In this document: in pieces, positions 21,413 through 32,570 of the stretch | Numbering within the stretch: position 1 is the stretch's first letter | Layout: each line of letters starts with the position of its first letter | From: Scyliorhinus canicula | Lineage: Eukaryota | Reading direction: 5' to 3' | Length of the DNA stretch: 64,000 bases | NCBI RefSeq assembly: GCF_902713615.1 | Contig: NC_052157.1 | Location: 17,222,566 to 17,286,565, forward strand | Program-made: the position numbers and the translations under genes | Notes under the pieces: generated by a model | What the model was told of the DNA's origin: nothing | Databases searched by the model: none | What the model saw: only the letters and a program-made list of their open reading frames with translations

Positions 21413-24015
21413 ATGGATGTGACTTCTCCCCTAAAACTGGCAATCCAAAATCAAACCACAGAAACTGGAAACGGTGAATTAGAAGTAGAATAGAGTGGGG
21501 AGAGATTTATAGTGGAGACGGGGGCTGAAGTGTCAATGGTTAGAGAAAAAGCTGGAAATCCGACAGGAAAGGATTACACTATTGAGGGAGTCTTAGGAAA
21601 TAGAAACGTTAGACCCGAAGTGAGATTAGGTGAGTTGGTGTATCAGGAAACGAGAATCTGATGGCAGGAAAAAATTTAATCAAGGTAGATACCGGGAAGA
21701 TTAGGGTACTGAAACCAATTGATAACATGGAGGAAATAAGGAAACAGAAAGAGAAAAGTATTTTAAGTGACGATGCATGGCGAAAGATGGAAGAGGTGTT
21801 AATGGGAGCAAACCTAGCAATAGGAAAGAATGACACAGGGTCAATCAGCACACAATTCCAACACACAATTCAAGGAGGCCAACACAAGCCCCAAAAGCAA
21901 TTGACCCGAGCTGGAGATAATGATTTAGGAATTAGAACAGCAGGGGATTATTCAAGAGGTCACATATGCCTCGGAAAATAGCCCACATCAAGCAGTCAGC
22001 AAGCCTGAAGGTACATTTAGAATGGTAACGAATTACAAAGCGTTAAACAAGGTCACAATAAAGGATAAATGGTATTTGATAAATCCACAAACTACATTGG
22101 AGAAGGTGGCAGGCAAAACTTATTTAACTAGTATAGGTTTAGCAAACGGATTCTGGAGTGTTCCATTAGACCCAGGCAGCAGGGAGAAGACAGCATTTAT
22201 CTTTGGCACTCAACATTACGTATACTGTAGACTGCCACAGGGAAATGTTACTTCCCCAAATCACTTTCAGGCAATAGTAAGGGAGCTGATTAAAGACAAG
22301 ATGGCCTTAGTATATATTGATGATGTATTAAGTGGAGATGACAATCAGGGAACACATGTAGAGAGAGTGACCAAGATTATTAAAACACTTAGTGAAGAAG
22401 GGTTTAAAATAGGGTTAAAGAAATGCCAGATTGGCAGGAGTGATTAGGTTATTCAGTATCAAAGGAAGGTCGGGAAGCTAGTGTCGGGATGAGAGAGAAA
22501 GTTGCTGAGATCACGGCGCCCGTTTCGAGAAACGGGGTTCAGAAAACCGTGGGAATTTTGGGGTATTTGAGGCCCGTAGTGAAAGACTTTAGTCTTAATG
22601 CTAAACCCATTTATGAAACTTTGAGAGGGGATTTTAGGTGGACCAGTGAAGCACAGAGGGGTTAAAAACAGTTAAAAACAGCTGTAGCAACATCAGGGCC
22701 ATTGGCAGAGAGACATGAAGAGGATGATTTGAGCATTAAATTAGACCTGTACGCAAACGGATATGGCATGGTGCTTGCTAATCATAGTAATCAGACACCT
22801 ATCAAACATCTGACAGGAAATTAGTCATGGGCTGAACAAAAGTTTTCAGACCTCGAGAAACGTCTAGCGGCCATAACGAAAAGAATAGCAGAAATTGAAA
22901 ATTTGTCAGCTGGTAAAAAGATTTATGTCACAACTGAATTTCTGGCGTTAAAGGAGTTAACCAAAAGACAAGTTTGCCAACAAGGCGCAAACACAGCACG
23001 ATGGGAGAGATGGGAAACCATTCTCTTGAACCCTGACTTAATGTTTGTTCATGACATCAAAGAGGGACAGAAACTCGATAAACCAGTTAGCAAAACGGAG
23101 TTGGTAAATGCTTGGGTGTTATATACGTACTGATGGTAGTAAAATCAAGGAAGACGAAGAGCAAGCCAGATGGGCATTCATTTAAAAAAATTCAGGAGAC
23201 AAAGTGGTGGAGAAACAAGGAATTATTATTGGGTCAGCACAAACCCTCGAAGTTGAAGGTGTAAAGGAGTGCCAGCAGAGACAGCTGCAGGAAGCAACCA
23301 TAGTAACCGACGGCTTTTTCGTACAGCAGGGCTTAGAGAAGGGTCTGATGTTCTGGAAACTTAATGGTTGGACAAAGGGCAAACATAAACAACTAGAACA
23401 GAAAGTGCAGTGGGAAAAGATAGATGAAATTTTGGCAAATATGGATATCCAAATAATTCATCAGAACGCACACACAAAAGGAACAGGAGAACTCTGTCAG
23501 GGCAACGAGGAAGTGGTTGAGCTCGCCAGACTTCGAAGGGTCATTCTGGGGAACATTGGGGACACAACTGCCGAGCATCGAATAATCATTAGACAGATAC
23601 ATGAAGCTACAGGACATGGAGGTACCACTGTGGTGGCAAGAGAAATGAGAAAGCGCGAAATTAGAATAGCATATTGGAGGAAACACTTAGCAGCAGTTAG
23701 ACGAGCATGTGAACGATGTGTGGCCTGTGGAGGCCAGAAAGGGAATAAAACTGATGGGAGAATAAAAACTGAGAAACCAATGGTGGAATGGTCATTGGAT
23801 CGCTTTTTCCTAGAAGCAGCAGATGTAATCTGTACTTTTTGGTCAAAGCTGACAGTTGTACGGGGGAAATTGACCTTAGACCCACCTACAAAGCAAATGG
23901 AGCCACTACCACAAGGGTGTTAGCAGAAATGTTGACCTCTCGAGGTAGGCCAAAATCACTTAGAATGGACAATGCATCACACTTCAGAAATAATACCGTT
24001 ATTAACTTTTGTTAA
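21413..24015 (+). pseudogene. pol: Foamy-like ERV pol remnant (PR-RT-tether-RNase H-IN, truncated)
   Basis: FIV(E)TGAEVS protease, KPQKQ, (G)LANGFW, RLPQG, YIDD (22313-22324), tether AEQKFSDLEK...RWERWETILLNPDLMF, RNase H YTDGS..TDGFFV..FWKLNGW..GNEEV, IN HEATGHGG..CERC..WSLD..MDNASHF. Confidence 0.92.
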
Positions 24016-24151
24016 CTGTCAGATACTGGGTATTCAGGAGATTTGATAATGCATTTGCAACGACAGCAATGGGGGGATGCTGCAGCCCCCAGGGAGATTT
24101 GGGGCATTCAGTTTTGCCACGATTGTTTTCTTGAAATATTAGGCAACTTTA

Positions 24152-25698
24152 ATGATTGAAGTATGTGACCACAAGGTAGATTTTGACTCCGGAAAGTGTC
24201 AATGTAAGTGGGATAGTAGATTAATGACAACGTGTAATTACTGCAAGGATAATTTTGCCGACAACAACGTGACTCTGAGAGGCTGTGCAGGATTGTGGAG
24301 CAGTGACAAACTTGGAGTCCCAATTAGTGAGGGAGTGTACGTTCTGCATGATGTTGGAATGACACAGGGATACAAAGTCTGCATTACAATATTTAGAGAG
24401 TGTATCACTGCAATGATACGGTGCCATGGGATAGATCATACTCCCAAATCAATCGGACAAGGGATGAACGAGTGTTGCACGAAGTTAATGATTGACCCGT
24501 AATATGGATTTGGGAAATATATGCATCAGAATAGACCCGTAGATGTGACAAAGGGTCCGGAGGCAGAATTGAAGCCCCTAGATGATAAAGAGGCTGTAGA
24601 AGGGAAGGAATGTTTCGCTTTGAGTGTCAGGGGATTACTACATTTGCTTGTCTTGTGTGATGAAGCAGAGTGGGACATCGCTGACTTGAAACCTGTTATC
24701 AGCATTGATAGGACACGTGATAGAGTTCAAATGTCGTGTTCTAAACTTGCCTTTCATAAAAACCCTATCATAATCAGAATGAAAGAAATTGAAGTGAAGG
24801 CAGTAGCAATACCCGAAATGTATCAGGGAAAGTTCAGACCAGATTGGACCACTGTGCGAGCGACAGAGGAGGTGTTTGAGATTCTTCAATCTCACTCAGG
24901 GGTGCAATGATAGAAGGAGGAGGCTTAACTGGCCTTAATTGTATGATGTATGTCCATGAGAAAAAATTCACGCCAGCAAAGAAAGAAAAAAGAAACTGAT
25001 GGTGGCAAAGGAAATCCGGAAGTCGTGGAGAGGGCACTTCTGGAATATCAGACAAGAATAGAAAACACAAATTAAAAAAAAAAAGAAATAGGGCACTCTT
25101 CTACTTTAACCTGTTTGTTTGATTTTTCAGACGGAGAGAATGATACAGACCCATTAGTTTGGAAGGAGAAAAAGAACTACAATCAAGAGGGAAATAAGAA
25201 TCAGGGGCGGAATGGTCGGAGAATCGCTTGGGGCCGGCGGCAATCCCGCCCCCGCCGTGTCCCGAATTCTCCGCTCCCCAAGATTCGGCGGGCCCCCCAC
25301 GGCGATTCTCCGGCCTGCGATGGGGCGAAGTCCCGCTGCTGACAGGCCTCGCCCACCGGCGTGGTTTAAACCACTTACCTGACCAGCGGGATTGGCGGCG
25401 TGGGCGGGCTCCGTGGTTCTCGGGGTGGTGCGGGGCGATCTGACCCCGGAGGGTGCCCCCACAGTGGCCTGGCCCGCAATTGGGGCCCACCGATCGGCGG
25501 GCAGGCCTGTGCCATGGGGGCAGAAAAGGAAATAATGGACAGATTAGAAGGCTGGAACAAAGTCACTATAATCAGGAATGTAGCGTTAATAGATAGAGAC
25601 ATGTTATGAGGTAATAAGCAAAGAAGAAGTCACAACACAAATTAGTTCAGAAGATCCAAATTCAAATAATAATAAGAAGAATATAGAGAACAAAATGC
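24152..25698 (+). pseudogene. ERV 3' accessory-type ORF remnants of unknown function
   Basis: ORFs 24152-24502 and 24521-24910 share a frame (one stop between); Cys-rich, no TM segment; basic tail near 24960-25090; splice acceptor at 25130 followed by more purine-rich open sequence. Confidence 0.55.
25203..25520. mobile_element. Truncated Harbinger-type MITE inside the ERV
   Basis: Abrupt GC-rich block GGGGCGGAATGGTCGGAGAATCG..., inverted homologue of positions 1-116. Confidence 0.7.
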
Positions 25699-26391
25699 CC
25701 AGAATGCCAGGCCAGTAGCTTTCACATCAAGAGCCTTCACTGACACAAAGACTTGTTATGCCCAAATCGAGAAGGAACTCGTTGCCCTGGTCTTTGCTCA
25801 TCAGAAATCACAAGATTTCATATATGACCGTCCTGTAAATGTTGAAATTGATCATCAGCCACTCATCACTATTCTTAAAAAGCCTCGTCACCCTGCAGTG
25901 ACTGCAGCACATGATGCTCAGGTACAGCGCTGCAACCTCAGTGTCATCTACAAATGTGGTAAGGAATTGTACCTGCCAGTTTCTCTTTCCAGGGCTTTCC
26001 TGCGCACCACTGGCCAGGCAGACCATGAGGAGGACATTGACATAACCATACAGGTTCCATTGTCTCATCGTAATGAGGAACTTAAGGATGTCCTCCAGGC
26101 CAATCTCATTTACAGTCAGCTCCAATGTCATTATGAATGTTAGGCCCGAGTCCTGAAAGGAGCTTCCCAACAAGCTCTGCACATTCTTCCCCATGTGAGT
26201 GGGCTGATACTGCATGGTCAGTGTTCATCATCGTAAACCTAGCAACTCCACCAAGGGCACCAGGTTTGGAAGCAACCAGGTAGAGGGCAAAGTACTTTCA
26301 TAAACTGGCCCTCAATGTATGCAGACATAGAGAGGGAAATATCCAGGTGTGCACCATGCTACACACGCAAGCTGCACCAAGCCATCTACAT

Positions 26392-26741
26392 AGAACATAG
26401 AACATAGAACAGTACAGCACAGAACAGGCCCTTCGGCCCTCAATGGTGTGCCGAGCCATGATCACCCTACTCAAACCCACATATCCACCCTATACCCGTA
26501 ACCCAACAACCCCCCCCCCCCAACCTTACATTTATTAGGACACTACGGGCAATTTAGCATGGCCAATCCACCTAACCCGCACATCTTTGGACTGTGGGAG
26601 GAAACCGGAGCACCCGGAGGAAACCCACGCACACAGGGGGAGGACGTGCAGACTCCACACAGACAGTGACCCAGCCGGGAATCGAACCTGGGACCCTGGA
26701 GCTGTGAAGCATTTATGCTAACCACCATGCTACCCTGCTGC
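26392..26741 (-). mobile_element. Young HE1-like V-SINE with CR1 tail, copy 2 only
   Basis: Full head/core, (TTCTATG)n tail, TSD CTACAT; empty site at ~2301. Confidence 0.9.
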
Positions 26742-29478
26742 CTACATGAGGTCCTAGATCTTCCATGGTCATTCACGATGTCTGATATCTTCGAATGAAG
26801 CAGTAAATAGGATAAGTCCTTGACATGTACTTTAAAAAAAATAAATTTAAAGTACCCAATTCATTTTTCTTTCCACTTAAGGGGCAATTTATCATGGCCA
26901 ATCCACCTACCCTGCAAACTTTGGGGTTGTGAATTATACTCTGATTCTTTTTAAATCAACCACTAACAGAACTGAAGAGCACCACAGTCATAGGCAAGCT
27001 CAAGAGAAACTTTGCCACACACGGCATCCCACAACAGATAATGACAGACGACACTCGTCAGTTCATTTCTGGAGAGTTCAGGGACTTTTCATGCATCACG
27101 AGTAGTCCCCTGTATCCACTGTCCAACGGCCTGGCAGAAAGGGCGGTGCATTTAGCCAAGCATCAACTTGAGAAATGTGCCCAAGGCCAAACAGATTTCT
27201 ATGTTGCATATCTTAGGCTGCAAAATGTGCCACGGCAGAGTCTGGCCTCATCAGCGAATGTTCTCCAAGCACACGAGGACCACAATCCCCATTGCCAAGT
27301 CCTTCTTGCAACCGCAGGTCAAAAGCAACATGATTTAAGTGCTTATGAAGTGCCGGCAAAAGAAACAGGTATTATGATTGAAATATAGTAAGAAGTTTTA
27401 CAACACCAGGTTAAAGTCCAACAGGTATGTTTCAAATCACTAGCTTTCAGAGCACAGCTCCTTCCTCAGGTGAATGAAGAGGTGGGTTCCAGAAACATAT
27501 ATATAAACAAAGTCAAAGATGCAAGACGATACTTTGAATGTGAGTCTTTGCAGGTAATTGAGTCTTTACAGGTCCAGATGGAGCAACTGGAGAGAGGGAT
27601 AATCACAAGTTAAAGAAGTGTGAATTGTCCCAAGCCAGGCCAGATGGTGGGGTGGGGGGGGGGGGGGGGGGGGGGGGTAAATGTAATGCGACATCAAGCC
27701 AAGGTCCCAGTTGAGGCCGTACTCATGTGTGCGGAACTTGGCTATAAGTTTCTGCTCGGCGATTCTGCGTTATCCCTCCCTCCAATTTGGGTACCCCCCC
27801 AAATCCTAACCTGGGGAACCCGGAAGCTATGGTTTCAGGTCAGTGGTCTTTCATAGGGACTGGGAGAAAATGGAAAAGTAGAAGGTTATAAGCAAGTGAA
27901 ATGGGAAAGAGTGGCGTGGCACAGTGGTTAGCACTGTTGCCTCCAAGGACCCTGGTTCGATTCTGACCTTGGCTGACTGTGTGCGGAGTCTGCACGTTCT
28001 CCCTGCGTCTGCGTGGGTTTCCTCCGGGGGCTTCGGTTTCCTCACACAGTCCAAAGATGTGCAGGTTAGGTGGATTGGCCATGCGCAAATTGCCCCTTCT
28101 GGTCCAAAAGATTAATTGAATTTGCGGGGATAGGGTGGGGGTGTGGGGTTGGGTGGAGTACTCTTTCAATGGGCCGAATGGTCTCCTTCTGTAGAGAGTT
28201 TATGATTCTATGAACAAAGGAAGGTCTGAGACAGGAAAACCAAGAGAGATAAAATGACAAAAAATGTATAGGACTGAAGGGAGTAGGAATGGCACAAAGA
28301 ACAGAAGAGGTGTCCAGAAGTGTCAATGCTCATATTTAGTCCCATCAGAAATTCAGCGACACGACTCTCTGAAGCTTACTGCAGTCACTCACACAGCTAA
28401 CCCAACAGTTAGTTCCCACTCAGCCTTGGCAATTCCTCCACTCATTCAGTCTTTCTGCTCTTAGTTTAATATTGGCGGCGGGAGGGGTGGAGAACTACTT
28501 AAATGCTTTGTGTCGTCATGAATATCGAGCAATTCTGAATGGAAGGGGTTAAACACATACTTATCAGATCGGGTAAAGGCTAGCTCAGATGGCGGCAAGA
28601 GAAGAACAAGGTTCAGAGTTACACAATCAATTAAAACTTTGGACTAAACTTTCTTCACCCCCGCGTCAACAAGACATTTAACGGATTCATCAGTAAGTAA
28701 GCGATGACTCTATAAATTTGCAATCTGCTGTTGGATAAAATAAATCTTTCCGACGTGAGCAACTGTTCAGATTCATAGCGACTGTACAAACAATTGTTGT
28801 GGGCGCAGAACTGGTCAAGAAACAAATGGCAGTGTAACTGTCCTTTCACAAAGAACCAGAATCCGCACAAAAAATCAAGAAAGGAACGGTCTGCTGCTTT
28901 GCAACCCCAGTCTTGAAAACTCGGTCGCTGGTTTTCAAGAAGTAAATAAATAATTTAGTGCGCCTCATTTTCTCAGAATGGCGACAGGCTGGGTTCAAAG
29001 CAGAAGTGTTGAGGTGGAAAGTACATGTTTGTGAACTGACAACCACTCCTCCCGCTGGGGTTCCAGGATTGGCCCGGAGTCTCCAGAAATTGATCAATCT
29101 CTCGGACACCGCCGCGATGTACAACCCTGGGGAAAACTGTAACATTAAAAGGATGTTGTCAGATTCTTCGAACATTTCTCTTTACCAGGTATAAAAATGT
29201 TGAAAGGGGGGGGGGGGGTCAAGGGGTCTCACCATCCTCCTCCAGTGCCTCCCACATTTGTCCAGCTGGGTGAGGCTGGACCTGCTTGTTTCCATTCTTA
29301 TCTATCTAACTTTGGTAAGAGTCTTACTTGTAATGGCTTATTTTCCTGCTCCCACGCTGTTATCCCTGGTGTCCCCCAAGGAATTCTCCTTGACCCCCCC
29401 CCCCCCCCTAATCCCAGTTCCCATCTATACACACCCTTGGCAACATCACCTGAAAGCACAGCAGAAAGCACACAGAAA

Positions 29479-29832
29479 GGGGCAGCACGGTAGCATGGTG
29501 GTTAGCATAAATGCTTCATAGCTCCAGGGTCCCAGGTTCGATTCCCGGCTAGGTCACTGTGCGGAGTCTGCACGTCCTCCCTGTGTGTGCGTGGGTTTCC
29601 TCCGGGTGCTCCGGTTTCCTCCCACAGTCCAAAGATGTGCGGGTTAGGTGGATTGGCCATGCTAAATTGCCCGTAGTGTCCTAAAAAAGTAAGGTTGGGT
29701 TTTGGGGGGTGAGGGGGGTTTGTTGGGTTACGGGTATAGGGTAGATACGTGGGTTTGAGTAGGGTGATCATTGCTCGGCAAAAGATCGAGGGCCGAAGGG
29801 CCTGTTCTGTGCTGTACTGTTCTATGTTCTAT
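29479..29832 (+). mobile_element. Young HE1-like V-SINE with CR1 tail, copy 2 only
   Basis: Near-identical to the 26392/36703/41868 copies; empty site at ~5049. Confidence 0.9.
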
Positions 29833-32570
29833 TACTGACATGCTGCCAACACCCAGCTGTACTTCACCACCACCACCCCCAACCCCAACACAGTCACCAG
29901 TTTATCAGACCGATTGACCGACATCCAGCGAGGTGAGCAGAAATGTCATTTAAAATAAAAATGCTTTTATTGATATTTTTCATTTTACACAGGAACAAAG
30001 GTATGCGGATTGGGTACAATTTACAAAAGCTCTCCACGAGCATCAATCCCCCCCCCCCCCCCCCCCCCCCCACTCATTTTTATTGTTTTAGGAGACTTTA
30101 TAGGATCACATATTTTGCAGTAGGTGATTGTCATCACAATGCAGCTCTTTCCCTCCCCTTTTCCTCCCCCTTTGTCGATTGGCTCCATACCCCCCCCCCC
30201 CCCCCCCCCCCCACCCCTCCCTTTCCTGTTTTAGATATTTCTTTGGGGGTTTTATTCTTTATGGTCTTGCTCTGGGATCCCTATTGTTCATCCCGGCTGT
30301 TCCGGAACCTCCCCCTCCTCTCTCCCTGACCTCCACCTTTTGTGGAAGCCCTCGGATGACGAACTTGATTTTTCTCAGCTGGAGAAATTCCGACAGGTCT
30401 GCCAGCCAGTCTACAGCTGTGGGTGGTGCTGCTGATCTCCAGCTGAGCAGGATTTTTTGGCGGGTGATTAGGGAAGGACAAACAAGGGCCCTTGTCGCCA
30501 TAAATAGCTCTGTCCAATACCCCAAAGGCTGCGACTCTTATGCCCTGCGCCATCCTCACCCCCACAACCTTGGGTATTGCCTTGCAGAAGGCTGGCCAGA
30601 ACCCAGCAAATCTGTGGCAGGCCCAGGACACGGGGCGTGGTTGGCCGGGCCTCCCTGGCACTGTTCACACTTGTCCTCCACCTCCGGGAAGAACCTGCCC
30701 CTTCAGATTCTTGTCAGGTATGCTCTGTGCACCACTTTCAGTTGCATGAGGCTTAGCCATGCGCAAGTGGAGGTGGAGGTGGCCCTGTTCAGTACTTTGC
30801 CCCACCCTATTTCCATTCCTAGTTTTTCCTCCCAATTTTCTCATGCTTCGTCTAGTGGGGAGCATGTCCTTTCTAATAGTCATCCATACAGGTACCCATA
30901 GTCCCCCCCCTCCCAGGTTATATGCATCCAGCAATTCCTCTAATATTGTGCATCTCGGGGTCTGTGGGTATGTTGTTGTCTCCTTTACGGAGGAAGGTCT
31001 TAAATATAGATGTCGGAATTCATTCCTGTTGGTTAGCTGCAGTCTCTCTGTCAGTTCCTCGAGGGCTGCCAGCCTGCCCTCTGTTTAGAAGTCCCTAATA
31101 GTCAGTGTCCACCTGTCCTCTCTCCACCTCCTAAAGGCGGCGTCTAGCATGGCTAGCACAAACTTGTGGTTGCCGCAGATGGGGGCCATAGTGGACATTT
31201 TGGTTGGACAGAAGTGCTGTCTCTTTTGGTTCCAGGTTCAGAGTGTGGCTACCACCATTAGGCTTGTTGGGTGTTTGGTTGCCAGGGATGGAAGTGCCCA
31301 GAGAGTCGTCCATGAAAAGAAGCTTTGCTCCGTCCTTACCCATTCCATTTCTGGTTCTTTCACCCATCCCTCACTCTTTCTGCAGTGGCTGCCCAGTGTT
31401 AGTACTGCAGGTTTGGGAGGGCCGGGCCCCCCATGTTTCTTCTTCTTTGTAGGACCTTTTTGGGGATCCTTGGGTCGAGCCCAAGATGGCTCCCAACTCT
31501 CTCAGGAGCTTCATGGTCCATTCCATTTCGTTTTGTGGGTCTGAGATGCAGAGGAGCATGGAATCTGCAGAGTGAGACTCTGTGCTCTCTGTCTCCTCTT
31601 CGGATTCCCTTCCAGCTTCTCGTGCTCTGAGGGTGATCGCCAGAGGCGCAGTTGTCAGGGTGAGTAGAAAAGGGGACAGCGGGCATCCCTGTATTGTGCC
31701 TCTGTGCAGCTGGAAGTATTCAGAGCTGGTGGTGTTGGTACGTATGCTCACCTTGGGGGCATTAAGCAGGAGTTTCGGCCATGAGGTGAACCCTGTCTCC
31801 AGCCCAAACAACTCTAAAACATCAATGAGGTACTTCCACTCGACTCTGTTGAAGGCCTTCTCTGCGTCCAGGGAGATGATCACCTCTGGTGTTCTTTCCC
31901 GGATGGGGTCATTATCATGTTTGCAGTCGCCTGATGTTTGTTGTTAGCTGTCTACCCTTAACAAAGCCCTTCTGGTCCTCTGCAGCCACCTCTGGTATGC
32001 AGTTCGCCAGCCGCTTAGCCAGGATTTTTGCGAGTATTTTCACGTCCACACAGAGCAGCGAAATGGGTCTGCATGATTCGTTGGGTCTTTGTCTTTCTTG
32101 GGTATCAGTGATATGGTGGCTTGTGTTAGAGTTGGAGGCAAGGTGCCCCTCTCGAGTGAGTCTGTGAACATCTCCCACAGGTACGGAGCCAGTGCTGTCG
32201 CAAATTGTTAGAAGCAGAAATTAGAACTGGTAAATATTAGGAAGACCAAAGCCCCGACTACAAATTCCATTCCATAGCCACCGACTCGGTGCTCCCTCCC
32301 ACGCATCTACCTCAGGCTGACCAAGACTGTTCACATCTTTGGTGTGATATATCACTTTGAAACCAGCATCCGACCACACACTCCTGCCATTATTCAGAAA
32401 GCCTCTGTAACTTTGCCTGACTCCGCCCCGGCCTCAGCTCATCTGCCGCTGAAACCCTCGTCCATGCCTTTGTTGTGGACTTGATTCTTCCGACGCACCT
32501 TTGGTCAGCTTCCCATCTTCTACTGTCTGTAAACTTGAAGTCACTCAAAACTCAGCCACCCCTGTTCTTA

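Larger units (their letters stand above)
1623..25698 (+). repeat. Tandem segmental duplication, copy 1
   Basis: Collinear, few-percent-divergent match to 25699-48650 from CCAGAATG(G/C)CAGGCCAGTAGC through the ERV LTR; 20305-25698 (ERV interior) has no counterpart in copy 2. Confidence 0.93.

Noticed and set aside
24069-24134. MGGCCS lipidation-like N-terminus in the ERV 3' region
   Set aside because: Frame closes after about 21 codons and differs from the long Cys-rich frame; cannot be supported without a consensus
24152-24910. Calling the post-pol ORFs env
   Set aside because: No signal peptide, furin site plus fusion peptide, or transmembrane anchor visible
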